From Nitrospirales bacterium (GTDB lineage: Bacteria > Nitrospirota > Nitrospiria > Nitrospirales > UBA8639): a stretch of DNA of 64,000 nucleotides. The stretch covers positions 192,001 through 256,000 of the forward strand of contig CBDBCZ010000010.1 of NCBI GenBank assembly GCA_965203295.1, in the 5' to 3' direction. The position numbers and the translations under genes were made by a program. This document shows, piece by piece, positions 11,800-28,812 of the stretch (position 1 is the stretch's first letter; every line of letters begins with the position of its first letter). The notes under the pieces are model-generated. The model was given only the letters and a program-made list of their open reading frames with translations, was not told where the DNA came from and ran no database searches.

Positions 11800-12575
11800 G
11801 TATTGTGAGCTACTGTTGCTCACTTGCTATGAATACAAGCACAAACAAACAACCCTTGGAAATGAATTTTATCACATCCGGACAATCCCTACCGTCCAGA
11901 CACCCCCTCACTTACTCTACTATTGGGGACAGGGAGCTATTCATCTTTGTGACAGTACATATTTATCTTTGTCGTTGGTGATAATTTGCAGTTCAATATC
12001 ATGGAGTACGTCCCTACATGACTTGTTTTTGCACTTTTTGGCAAAGTGCTTTTTCTGTCACTTGTTTTGGGGTGTTTTTTGGGAGGTGGTAACAAATGTG
12101 TAGGTGTAAATGTGTGTGGTGTAGGGATGGTGTTGGAATGAAATCTGTGTGAGGGTGATGCATGTAGTATAGGTTTAGATTTGTACCCCAGTGAGCACCA
12201 GGAAGGCGGTTATCTGCATGTGCATGGGGGAAAGGTCTGTTTGTCAGGGTCAGCGATGTAACTGGCATGTGAGGTTGCCTTTTTCTTGTCAAGGTCGGCA
12301 CTACAGCTAGCACGGGAAGCTGCCCTAGCATTTATTATGGAGTAGCTAGTACCGTACTCTACGATATGAATTATCTCCATGGACAAAGATATGTACGAAT
12401 TTGCATATTCTAGTGTCACAAAGACGAATAGCTGACTGCCCCCTCCAATACAGTAAGTGAGGGGGCAACTACATGGTCCACCATGTAGGGGTTGTCCGGA
12501 TACAATAAACCTCACATTCTAGGCTTTACTGCCTGTGCTAGTATTCATAGCAAGTGAACAAAAGTAGCTCACAGA
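11800..12575. repeat. Diverged inverted repeat pair (about 11800-12010 and 12350-12575)
   Basis: TGTGAGCTACT..CACTTGCTATGAATAC..ATCCGGACAA..CCCCCTCACTTACT..GCTATTC.TCTTTGTGACA is found in both orientations. Confidence 0.75.
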
Positions 12576-12924
12576 GACTAATATAACGATCGGTCAACTG
12601 ACAAAAGTGAAACGTAAGTGTCACGTGACCGACTGCGCGGTATCGCAGTCTGACAGAATGGCCGCTCAAAAGCCTCCCGTTGCTCGCTCGTCAGAGTGTC
12701 CGCTATTTCCTAATGCTAGCACGACGACACGAAGGCCCGCGTGAAGCATTTTCACGTTGAATCGCGCCATTTCATGAGTATGCGCGTAAAAGTGAGAAAT
12801 GGTCACACTCGATTTTAGCGCACAACGTAGCACAACAAGCACTTGGAGCAAGAACTCGCATTCTACAGCCTTAGCAAGCCTTGGTAAGCGTTTGAATTAC
12901 AAATCTGCACTCGTTCGTGTGACT

Positions 12925-13215
12925 TACACCCAGGGGATGCAGCTCATGCCTGGACAGCTGGCACGATCAAATGTAGGCGTTAAATAGACGAACACACGAA
13001 GTCGGAGCGAAACGGTACGGAACAGTAGTCATTAAATGGTGTGGAACGGCAAGCGTCCACTCAAGAATATTCGTAAATCACTGCTGAACCCATTCAATTT
13101 TTTTGAATAACCTATGCTACGAGTGTAATACCCCGCTATCATCGTGCTAGCCTGGCTGAAGAAAGAAGAAACCAGCAACCAGAAAGATGTACCATTAGCC
13201 CCCCCCCCCCCAGTG
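12925..13215 (-). repeat. Inverted copy of the 9250-9573 repeat
   Basis: Direct comparison with the 9250-9573 sequence. Confidence 0.85.
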
Positions 13216-15111
13216 TGTTGTGTAGTACGCAGCAGCCACAACGATCATATCCTGTTTACTTTGCGCATGTATTGACCTCTGTACTGATATATATATTCAT
13301 AGCTTCCTGTACAGATATAACAACCACAAAATGTCGCTCTCGTGCGCTAATGCGCTAGTCCGCGCTGCAACTTGTCTGGTCGGTGTTTCCTTCTGGTCTT
13401 CTCAGTTTCTGTAGGTTCTCTGTGTCTGTGACCCGTCTGTGCATCTCCAGAGCCTATTCTATACTGTAGCTACTGCCTATTAGTCATCATACTCCGTGCT
13501 TTAGCTAACTACCGTGCTCAGCCTGAAAATCACAAGTTTACAACGCTTTTACAAGTCACGTGACCTAACACGTGTTTCCATGGCAACGCATCGTGCCTAG
13601 CGCCTCAGGGGATTTCCCTCAAGGCATTCTACAGTGCAGTAGGGCCTAGCAGGAGATAGTAATAATTCAGATTACTGGAGGTAAGCTCACAGACTAAAAT
13701 AATATTCACAAATCTAGGAAGCCAAAGGGTTAAATCATTTGAATCGGACCGTCGTCACATGATTGGCCGGCTGAAATGGCTGCTAAACTGCAGCTAAGAA
13801 ACTTTGCTTTATGCGCCACTGTTCCCGTAGGCTAGAGAATCTGCTTTTGTGCTGATTGAAGCTCTGATGGAAAGTATTAGCTACAACCGAGGGGGAATGA
13901 CGAACGGATGAGTCCTGTAAAAGCAACGGCGAGTTAAAGCCTGCTTGGAAGTGTGTGAAAAGCATTTTTGGATAATATCTTGAGAACAACACCTAGGATT
14001 TTTGTCCCCTACCGTTTAAGGTTAGTCAGCTAAGAAACCGTTTGAATTGCGTTACTTTGTCCTAGCTTTACAGGATCAGTGGCACATTTTGTCATTTAGT
14101 GTGGCCAAGGAGCTTCACTTGTGTGGGTGTGGCACGCTTGCGGTTTGTGGTTGGAGGACGGGGCTAATATCAAAGTGTGAAGTAAGAGTGGTCTATTCAG
14201 GCATCTAAAAAAATCTTCAGAATTATTGTTTGTCAGATGGAGTTTTGAATGTGTACGAAAATTTAGTCAAATTCAGCAGGACCCATGCCTTACCGCACCT
14301 GAGTAGCAAGATTTACATTTTCAGTACCGTAGTCAAACCTTAACGTAGTAGGACATCCTGCTAGATACCGTAATGCTACAATATTTTGAGCGAAAGAAAC
14401 CTGTGAGTGTGATTTTACCATTTTGCGGCCAATTCAAGTACTTTGCAATCTGTTCTTGGCGATTGTGGTGACGGCATTCCCATTTTTGGCCAATCTCGGC
14501 TGAAGTGGGTATGTACCTTACCCTTCTTGGCCTTCTGTTGGCTGGCTTGCTTCTCCAACGCACGCTTTACACTTGTTCGCTTTGCGAGTTGCCATCGCTC
14601 CGATTGCAGTGTCCTTGCGGCTGGGACTCGTAGTAAAATACTGCCGAATACTCATCTTGAAATAGCTACTGCTGTAGAAGTATGAACTTTACCTACCACC
14701 TTCGCTGTTGCTTAAGGCAGTCCATTACTGCTGCTTCTCCTTGGACAGCTATTGATTTGATGTTCGTTAACCGCACTCACTAAAAACCACACCCACAAAT
14801 TATTGTTTACTGTTTGCAATCTTATATTTGCAATGCTGTAAGGACTCGCAAAATTTGCAAAAGTTCATCCAAAATATTGTAGCATTACGGTATTGAGGAG
14901 AAAATTGAACATAATGTGCAGTTTTTGAATGTTTAATATAAATACATGTACCTCCACAAGACTCCACACACTCCAGAAAAAAAACGTGCAACAACCTATG
15001 GGGTGTGGTTTGTTAACTTCAATCACAGCAATTTTCTGGAAAACCTACATTGTAAAACAAGTTGTATTATCATGCAAAGTTAAGAGTACAAAATTATTAT
15101 AGCTATGTACT

Positions 15112-15330
15112 TACCCATCTATACAGCCGTGGATACAAAAGCCATATGGGGACAACTTATCGTGTCCATCTGCATGCCACGTATAGTACCACCAACAAGT
15201 TAGTATAATATTTACATGGCATGCACTTTCCGTGTACCTTACTCCTATGAATCCTTTTCTTCGCGAAAAGTCGAACTCTATACTCAACTCCTGCTGTGTC
15301 TTCCTCCTAAGCATTTGCATCAGTGTGTCC
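15112..15330 (-). pseudogene. Integrase-core (IS3EU-type) transposase exons, middle fragment
   Basis: WHADGHDKLSPYGFCIHGCIDG followed by a GT donor. An upstream exon reads DTLMQMLR. Homologous to WHIDGYDKLKPYGFPIHACIDG at about 29850-29913. Confidence 0.85.
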
Positions 15331-15439
15331 CTACATGAATGCACACATACATGTGCAGTATCACAACCGAAATGTACATGTACACAGAGTGCATAATAAT
15401 CAACTCGTCTGCGTGCTATATACTAGTTAAAGCATCGCA

Positions 15440-17560
15440 GCGGGAAATATTGCACGAGGGCGTGGTCGAGGGGCGAATAAAGCACGAGGCGAAGCCGAGT
15501 GCTTTATTAGTCTCGAGACCACGCCCGAGGGCAATATTTCCCATAGTGCACGAGCGTAAGCGATGCTTTAACTGGTTTAGTGTCATTTACGGAGCGATTC
15601 AAATCCAAGAAAATGGCGAGCAAAGAGTTGGTTAGAGGAGTAGTGAGTGCTAGTTTGCTGAATCCCTCTTGGGATGATTTGACCAAATTCGTCGAGAATC
15701 CGGATTTTGACTTAGGCATGGGGGAATGGCTGTCTGATCCGTTACCTGCCGACTTTGAAGGCATGTCTGCCTGGATGTCCAGTTTGCCTGATTTGAGTTG
15801 CATCACGGATATGGATGACGGGATCGACGAGAATTCTAGTAGCGCTCCAAAGCGTTCACGGCTTTCCTTGCCGAAGAAAGGAGTTCCGATTTTCAAGGAG
15901 GTAGGAATCGTAAACCGAGTACTAGTAGGCGTTTTGCTCAGCCCATGGAGTCTCCTGAAAGAGAGAAGGCGGCGAAAGGAGTAATTCCAGCGAAGACTGC
16001 AGCCAGTACGTAGTGGGCTTTGAAAAATTTCAATGATTGGGTGCACAATCGTCCATTTGTAGACTCTGCCGAAGCCATTCCAAGCAATCTTTTGAGCAGC
16101 CACGATGCCGAGCTCGTTTGTAAATGGTTGTCTCGTTTCGTCTTGGAAACGAGAAAGTCTGATGGCTCACCCTATCCTCCTGCCACTCTAAGGTCTCTAG
16201 TGAGTGGACTTAACCGTGTACTGCAGATTAAGAAGGCTCCTTTTTCTGTGCTGGACAAATCCGACCACAGGTTCCGTGATTTTTTGAAGACCCTGGATTC
16301 TCTCAGCAGTGAGTTGCACAGACAAGGAGTTGGTGTATCGAAAAACAGTGCTAAAGTAATTGATCCCAGTCATGAGGACATACTCTGGGCGAGTTCTCTC
16401 CTTGGTTATTCTTCCCCCAAGGTTATTCTTCCCCCAAGGTTCTTCAGCGTACTGTATTCTTCTATGTGGGGCTCAATTTTGTGCTTAGGGGTGTACAAGA
16501 ACAATACCACCTTTTACCCTCACAATTCAGCCACGTACCACAAGACAGGAGTATGTATAATGAGTCCGTGTATTATGAATACACTGAGCTAATAGCAAAG
16601 AATAATCAGCATCGATTTAAGGACATAAACATGAAAAACAAGTGCACTCGTGCTTACGCTCTACCAGGGAATGAACGATGTGTTGTAAAACTTTTGGATG
16701 CATATCTAACTCTTTTACCTCCCAATGCTCCTTACTTTTATATGCGAGTTTTGGATGATGCAGATCCCACAAAGCACTGTGTGATGAAGCAGCGGGTTGG
16801 CATAAACTCACTTAAAAACATCCTTCCGGAGCTATCTGAGAAATCTGGTGTGGGGGTGCATTATACAAATCACTCACTTCGAGCCACAGCGATTACGCGC
16901 ATGTTTAACAGTGGAATTCCGGAAAAGGTAATTGCTGAAACATCAGGACATAAAAGCACAAAAGCGCTGAGATGCTACGAACACACATCGCAACAGTTGA
17001 AACAAGATGTAACGAAAGTAATCAACAGGTCGTGTTAGGTTCCAACCAGTGAGTGTACAGCTACCGTTCCTATGTCAGAGCCTGAGTGTAAGCCTGTCAT
17101 TTCTCATTTGAAGGAGGAAAAGCCTGAATGTAAGCCTGCAGCTCAGTCTATTCCTCAGAGCTTTTCTGGCAGTTTTACCAACTGTACTATCAACATTTCT
17201 CTCTAACTTTTTTCCCCATTTGCATGGCTGTTTCACTTATCTTATTTTTGTGTGCTGTTTCACTCAGCATTCTGTTTGTATTGTTGTCACTGATACACTT
17301 GTTTGAGTAATGCTTTGATTTGAATTCACCAACAATTACAGAATTGGTTGTAGAGTGTAGCTACAAGTACATAAGCTGCACTGGCTAGTGGTGCACTTTT
17401 GTGGATTCTGTTTACAGTTAATTGCTAATAGTTCTCAATTACCTATGACCTGTTCTTTATTTTGTACTTCCTGAAAATAGAGCACAGTGTGCACATTATG
17501 GAAAATAAAGTACACTTCGGTACTTTGATTTTGAACGGCTTCATACACTAAAATACGGTA
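15440..17560 (+). mobile_element. Crypton (tyrosine-recombinase DNA transposon)
   Basis: ~100-bp 5' hairpin (15442-15542, centred on GGCGAAGCC). Complementary motif GTGCACATTATGGAAAATA at 17489-17507. Encloses a YR ORF. No TIRs. Ends are approximate. Confidence 0.8.
15613..17206 (+). pseudogene. Crypton tyrosine recombinase (DUF3504-like)
   Basis: RKSDGSPYPPATLRSLVSGLNR; LRGVQE (catalytic R); NHSLRAT (HxxR); SGHKSTKALRCY (H and Y); tail FTNCTINI. Stops at 16011 and 17036. Frameshift from a 17-bp duplication at 16404-16437. Confidence 0.92.
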
Positions 17561-17940
17561 TCTATCCCTCAGCAACTTCCAAATGGCTCGGTATCCTTGA
17601 AGACTATCAGATGACTAACTAGCATGTGCTGAAAAAGGAATTACTGAAGTAACAAAGTAATCAGTAGAGTAATTGTGAAAGGCTACACAGGACATCTCAA
17701 TATTATAGTACCTGCACGAGCATGATGCTGATGTTGACATTGATTGGGGCGAGCCGGAGCGAGCCCCACACTTGTTATAATAACGCGTTTTTCTCTATCT
17801 ATCTGTCTGTCTGTCTCGTATGTCATGCCGAATCTCCGTACTGTTCTATTTATTTATTTTTATTTTTGCGCATGCCAGTGTCCAGGCCATGGATACTTTG
17901 TCATTCGTAGAAGTTAGCTAAGAAAGCACTTAGTACAGCC

Positions 17941-22490
<4,550 letters not shown>

Positions 22491-23065
22491 TAACAGTTCA
22501 TCTCTTGCCCTGACCCTTTCCTTTTCTTCCATCCAAACCCTCTCCCTGACTTCTTCCGCCAACCTCTGCTTTCTCTTTCTCCAACTTTTCCCTGTTCTGC
22601 TCCCTCCACTGTCTTCCTCCTTCCTTTCCCACGCTCCAAATCTCTTTTTCAACTCCCATAAATCTCTCTCAATGCGGTTTACACGAACACTCAGCTCTTC
22701 ATGATCCCTGCCCCTTTCCCTCCTTTTCTCAACAGCCTTCTCCCTCTCTTCAACTAATTTTTCCTTCTCAATTAATTTCTTAAATCTGTCCCCCCAGTCA
22801 ACCGCGTCAAAAACTCCGGGGCAGTCATACGGTCAATCGATGACACTTGCTGGACACAATCAGGTAACGTCGATGAGTATCTCTAAACTTACTGGACACA
22901 AACAGGTATAAGTTCAATGAGTATCTCGAATGGACACAATCAGGTACGTAAATTCGCTCGCACGTGTATCTCAATCCTTGTACGCATGCGCAAAACAACT
23001 AGCGTACCTCGTGCTGTGAAATTTGATTTAGGACGACCACAATGCCCTATAGCTAACCTGCAAGT

Positions 23066-23481
23066 ATATGTGAGCGGATATAAGAAAAGGGCCCACTTCG
23101 CGCATTAAAAAATGTGCGTACTTAAATGACGCGTATTTCAGCAATGGTAAGCGCGATCTAAATGAAACGTGGGTTGTTTTTACATGAGGCGTTGCTGCAG
23201 CAACAACCCGGAAATGAAGCCATTCTGACGTACCATCACGAAGATATGGGGCGGGGTTTGCGGCATTCACGAAAATGGCACTGCTACCGAGGTGCGTATC
23301 TCAGTCATAATAAGAGCTGCTGACTTCTAGCATGGGATATTATTAGATGAAGGTTAGTACTGGTATTGTTGAAAGAATCATCCCGTTCTGACCACTGCTT
23401 AGTGAGATATGATAGTTTGAAAACTACCAAACATTACAAAAATGCGCGAAGTGGGCCCTTTTCTCAAATCCGCTCACATAT
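23066..23481. mobile_element. MITE with ~38-bp terminal inverted repeats
   Basis: ATATGTGAGCGGAT.T.AGAAAAGGGCCCACTTCGCGCA at the left end and its reverse complement at 23443-23481. Confidence 0.85.
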
Positions 23482-23834
23482 GATCTACTAACTGATAGTC
23501 CACTCTGTCTTTGGGTACGTGTTACGGCATTACCCACCATCATGTGCATAAACAACCCACAATAATTACACAGTGCCACATTCCTTTACCTCAGGACCTT
23601 TCAACACATAGGGCAGAATGCATTATGGCAAATACTCACTCTCATGCACTCCTCTATACACTTCCTCATGCCCCTTAGAGACAATAAATTAGAACATCAA
23701 CAATTCATCATCAATCAATTACAGAATAAATAATGACATCAATTATTATGACTACAGAAAACAATAATGACAAAATCACAATAAATGTCACGTGTAGCTA
23801 CATGTATACTGCAGAATGTGAAACAACAAGGTAC

Positions 23835-24150
23835 AGAAAATCAATAGATACTGATCTGGTATGACTGATACAGAGCCTTGCAGATCAAAATGATGATTAA
23901 TGATAATTAAAGTTAGCAGGGGAAACACAAACACAACTCGGCCTTAACTTACTCCTTCCTCCAAATTGCAGTGATCATGTACTTTGGATTATAAAAGTAA
24001 AAACTGAAAATCAATAGATACTGATGTGGTATGATACTGATACACAACCTTGCAAAACCCTCAGATCAAAATGATGATTAAAATTAGCAGAAAGAAACCC
24101 AAACACAGCTCAGCCTTAACTTACTCCTTCCTCCAAACGGCAGTAATCAT
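23835..24150. repeat. ~170-bp tandem duplication containing the apparent 3' end of the RPA-like gene
   Basis: GAAAATCAATAGATACTGAT..CAGATCAAAATGATGATTAA..GCCTTAACTTACTCCTTCCTCCAAA occurs twice. The minus strand reads MITA(V/I)WRKE* in each copy. Confidence 0.8.
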
Positions 24151-25462
24151 CAGTCTAGAATAAGACGTCAAATTTATTACCGAATCGCCGGCGGTCACGA
24201 AAACGTAACCAGGAAGTGCCCACGCTCATTATTACGTGCGGCCGCATCGTTGACGTAATCATTTTACCTAGCCTCGAGGCAGGAGTTGAAGAATTGCTGC
24301 TGTAATGCCCACATGAAGGTACTGAAGTAGTTGCTATAGTTGTAAAATAGTCGAATAACAGGAGATAGAGTGCTAAACGGGGGCTAGTGAGCAATGATAC
24401 TAAGAACGGACTTGCTAGTCGAGATATCAGGCTACCATCAAGGCAAAGCTCACTTACAGTGGCGGAATCGCTCTGAGGAATGCTCTCAACAGGTTTGCAA
24501 CACGCGTAGAGGAACGGTTCATCACCTTACAGCTCGTTCTTGCAAGATACAGCTCCGCAAATACAATTCTGACGGCTACATACGCTAATTAAAGAGCACT
24601 ACAGGGTCGCGCGCGCCGCAGTTGCCTAGGTAATCGTGACGGTATGTGTACACCCACGCGGGAGTGTGAACTTTGAACTCAAAGCTTGGGGGGTCCAGAT
24701 GTTCGATTTTCATCCCTTTTCCCCCCAGATCTTCCAGAATCGCGATCGTTTGCATTCCAAACCACTTGCATCAAGTAGTTCACGTGGAAAGCAACATTTG
24801 GTACGAGTTTCGAGGTTCTCAGAGACTTTGCACCGGTTTGTCCAGAAAATGGAAGGCTGAAAATGGCAGCAAAATGGAGTCGGTAAAAACTGTCATTGAA
24901 GACGAAGTAGAAGAGCTGCGGGAAAGATCTTTTGCAAAAAAGAGTCTAAGAACCAGTGCATTATTTTCGCTGTAGAGTCGTATCTGAAGCGCTCCTAGTT
25001 TCCTCGGTAAGCCTTGCCCGTGTTTCTCAATTTTAAGCCTCAAAATTAAATTGCCTGTATCTCAGCCATTCCGCGGTCGATTGACTCCGGACTTGATTTA
25101 TCGTACGATTCAACCTGTGCTTGTTGGGGCTGTGCTGTAATCCCAGTGCTGGCGAGGTTTGCACCACTTTGTCCAGAAAATGCAAAAAGATCACTTTTTT
25201 CTGATAGGCAGCCGCTTTTTGGTCGTAGGGCCCCGAAAAAGGCCGAGTTCACGCTAATGCTGGGTACCATCGGAACCAGCAAAGGTTGAACTTTCATGCA
25301 ATATGCGGATCTTATGTAGATACGCTTTCTTCTCCGAGATATGAACGCAGACGCGAAGCTCCATTTTTGGGCCTTCCCGCCCCGCTGGCGCCGCCATAAG
25401 GCCCCATATAAAATACGTTTAGTAATAAATAATACACAAACGTGACGTCTTATTCTAGACTG
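24151..25462. mobile_element. Non-autonomous TIR transposon (1.3 kb), superfamily unassigned
   Basis: Perfect 20-bp TIR CAGTCTAGAATAAGACGTCA; 4-bp TSD TCAT on both sides. Confidence 0.88.
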
Positions 25463-26477
25463 TCATGTGCTTTGGATTGTAAGAAAGCGAAAACTTCTTG
25501 CTTCTAGCAAATCAAACTCAGTAAATTCAGCAGTATCACTTATCTTGCATAGTTCACTTTTAAAACCGTGCAGCTCAATCTTTTCATTACTAGAGAGATC
25601 TTTCACTTCCAGTATTGCTGAACACATACATGCTGCATCTTCTGCCTTCTGTATCATTGCACATTTGCTACAACGAAGAAACTTCCTTCGGGATTCATCT
25701 TTGATTTACATGATGAACACGACTGATACCTAACAAAGTGCTTAACACTACTAACCACAGCATCAGCAATGTCCTTATCAAAATGCTTCTTCAACTCTCC
25801 TTCATCATAGTCTTGCTCAACACCTTCCAAACCTGGCACTTCTTTCGTCTCCCCCCCTCTCTAGGAAAGGACAAACTCTTCACTCCACCATACCCACGAA
25901 CTAGCATCTTCGAAAATTGGTATGAATGGTTTTCTTCCAGTGTACCAATCATCTCCTCCCACAGTGTCTGCTTCACAGTACCAGATCGATCATCGATTAC
26001 GACATCTTGCTTACGCTTTCCAGTGCGCACAGTAAAAGGGGAGTGGATTTTAACAACCAAGCCTTCAACATCTACCCGATCAAAATTTGCACAATTCTCA
26101 ATCTCACTGAGCATCACAACACTAGCCTCTACACTTGGAAATCAAACTTCTTTGGTGACCCTTCCAACTTCGAGCAATTTTTCAAAACCACTTCAAAGTT
26201 CCCACTGTAAGTGGAACTCCTAACCTCACTGTCAGAGATTTTCACAGTGGACTTCGTTGATGCAAAACCCTTCAACTGCTCCATCTGTTTCTTGCGATAG
26301 CCCCAGAGTAATCTTTTTCTTACCGTCACCGACCTCAGCTGTAAAATACTCGGAATTCTTCCGGCTTTTCTTGATCGGTGACACGTTACTTGGTACGCCC
26401 AAAATCTCGGCTGAACTCTTACATTTGCTAACACTCTCCACGTCCTCAAACTCGTCAAACAACCTCTTGCACGCCAT
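25463..26477 (-). pseudogene. RPA70-like tandem OB-fold ssDNA-binding protein with a C4 zinc finger
   Basis: VSPIKKSRKNSEYFTAEVGDG; RVDVEGLVVKI..KQDVVIDDRSGTVKQTLWEEMIG; YQSCSSCKSKM..RCSKC. Three frameshifts. Confidence 0.8.
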
Positions 26478-27210
26478 CTTTGCTGCTATAATACTGCCAC
26501 GTGGCAAGGTTTGAAGGTTGATCAATTACCGTCGCGATACCTAAGCAATCAAACTGACGCGGAGGCTCGCCCCACGATGTCGTACATCATCCTAGTAATA
26601 TAATATTTGCTGGCATATTAGGTATAGTATTAAGGTTTGCTTGTAACATGATTGATGCATGCCTACATGTATATACTCAGCAAAAATATGCCAATGGAGA
26701 ATATCTTTTCCTTACACGTATAACAACCCTCGAGCTGTTTTCAGAAGGATCGAATATCGGTGTAATCAAACCAAGCCTTCGATACTGCTGCTTGAGCCAC
26801 GTCAGTCTATATATTATGCAATGAGATATGAAAAGTACTAGTAATTTAATAGCAAAAAGTTGCATGAGCCACAACCAGATACTATCCATGGTCACAAGCC
26901 TAGTATAGTTATCGTACCCGCGGCGAATTCCACGATCATGTTGCAATCTCAAAAGGATGGCTTTGTAGCTTCTCCAGGAGTAAAACAACTCTTTGAGAAC
27001 GCCTGTTATAGAGGTAAATGATATAAATTTGATCCTAAGAGCGTTGTAGAGAAACTTACTTTCGAGATTTCCTCTGATGGCAGCCATCCTACTTTAGTGA
27101 TCATGTGATAGGTTGTATGTCGCCACCTGCCGCCGTACACTGCCTTCTGCCGCTATGTACCGCCCTGAGCTGCCGTCTGCCACTACGTATTGCTGTTCCG
27201 CTGACCGCCA

Positions 27211-28138
27211 TACCGTAAACTCTGATAAATAACCGGGGGTGGTTATAATTAGAATTAGCAGCCTCAATGGGCGGTTACTTTTACATGGGTGGGTATAATC
27301 ACTGATCGGTTATTTTTGCAAAACAACAGTTACCGTATTGTCCCGAGCAAGCTCACGCAAGAAAAATTATGGGCGGGCGCTTACACGGAGGAGCCCTTTG
27401 AACTACTGAGTTACCACAGTGCAAGGGCCCACCCTCCACTTACTTGTACTGCTTCAGCTACTACCATGAAGCCATTGGAAAGAATGCATGCACTTACCCC
27501 TTATAAAGCTTCAGTAGTACTCCACAGGAAGCCTAGCCTCTGCATGGCCAGTTAACGTATTGCATAGTATTGTGTAATACTGGTATGAATACAAGGTGGG
27601 CGCTTACACCAAACAATAGGCTTATCAAAACTGGCGGGTGGGCGCTTACACAGGGGTGGGTGCTTGCTCGGGACAATATGGTAATAGCGTGGCAGATTTA
27701 TAGAAACATTTCCTACATTGAGATCAGCCCGGTTGATATGAGGTAGGAAGCCTTCAGGCAGGAGAGCTGAACATAATGAGCTCCATAGCTGTTCCTTAGC
27801 TACCGTAGCTTAGTCTTGTTCCCAGAACCCTCCACTAACCGTAGCTAGGGTTTTCTCGCTACGACTAACGCCGACATCTTGGTTTTCAGTCTGATTCTCG
27901 TCGCTATTCTGTACGGTCGTGATTAGCTGCATGCTCTGCTTGCTAGACATTCACACGTGCAAATGCTATTAATTTTACAGATTCAATTTCCTGCCTGGGC
28001 TGCAGGTGCAAATTATGGGTGGTTATGTTTACACAGAAGGTTTTACACGCGAGTGTACTGTTGTTGTAGTAAATTGATCGGTTATACTAGAGGGGCGGTT
28101 ACCTTTAAGGGGGCGGTTATTTATCAGATTTTACGGTA
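27211..28138. mobile_element. Tc1/mariner/pogo-type MITE (TACCGTA termini)
   Basis: TACCGTAAA.TCTGATAAATAACCG ... CGGTTATTTATCAGATTTTACGGTA. Splits the GC-rich repeat array. Confidence 0.85.
27331..27683. mobile_element. Second MITE nested inside 27211-28138
   Basis: TACCGTATTGTCCCGAGCAAGC ... GCTTGCTCGGGACAATATGGTA. Internal GGGCGCTTACAC repeats. Confidence 0.85.
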
Positions 28139-28812
28139 TGCCGCCGTCCACCGCTGCATGCTGCCATGTCTTGCAATTTGCCGATGTCCACCGCTACATG
28201 CCGCTGTGTACTGCCATGTGCCATCGTCTGCCACTACGTGCCGGCGTGTGCTGCCGCGGCTGACTTTCTCGGGCACTGTAGGGATGAGCTTCAGTGGATA
28301 CGGGTGAGGAAGACTTGGACGTGGGAAAACGGCTTCGACTAGACCTGGGAGGTACAGATATAGGAAAGCAAATTGGACCCGGCAAGGGTGAAGGTGACTA
28401 TGGTGGCCCATAGGGGTCATCCACTGCAGACTTAGACTGTCGACTTCCTACTTCCACTTCAGACTTCCACTGCAGACTTTCACTTTAGACAATCAAGTTT
28501 TGTGCATGCGTACACCTATAATGCCGTCTGGGCGTGCGCGGTTGCAACGATTATCACTCGTTCACGTTGCATGTGTTATTCACGGATGCGCTGAAACCCT
28601 ATGTCGCCACGTGCGTATAGCAGACAACTGCATGCAATTCTTGCCACAGACTCACTCTCCCTGCCCGGCAACAAACCGTCTACGCGATTATAATGGCCAG
28701 AGAGGCCAGCCTGGTAGAAAAGACCATATTACTTTGTGACACGTGCCGTGAGCGCCGGTCTCGTCCCCATGCGGAGTGAGAAGTCTCAGAGTGAGTACAA
28801 AACGCAGCTAGC

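Larger units (their letters stand above)
26600..28280 (-). mobile_element. Left end of an IS3EU-type element in minus orientation, with the transposase N-terminus at about 26715-27087
   Basis: Terminus TACAGTGCCCGAGAAAGTCA on the minus strand from 28280. GC-rich subterminal repeats at 27118-27210 and 28139-28260. ELFYSWRSYKAILLRLQHDRGI..LTWLKQQYRRLGL matches the helical N-terminus of this transposase type. Confidence 0.65.

Noticed and set aside
15613..17206. Host ZMYM/KCTD1/QRICH1-type gene or phage integrase
   Set aside because: Intronless, catalytic residues retained, Crypton-like hairpin end and pseudogenised; fits a Crypton.
22495..22830. Charged coiled-coil-like reading frame on the minus strand
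   Set aside because: Low-complexity purine-rich sequence with no recognisable domain or start; cannot support a gene call.
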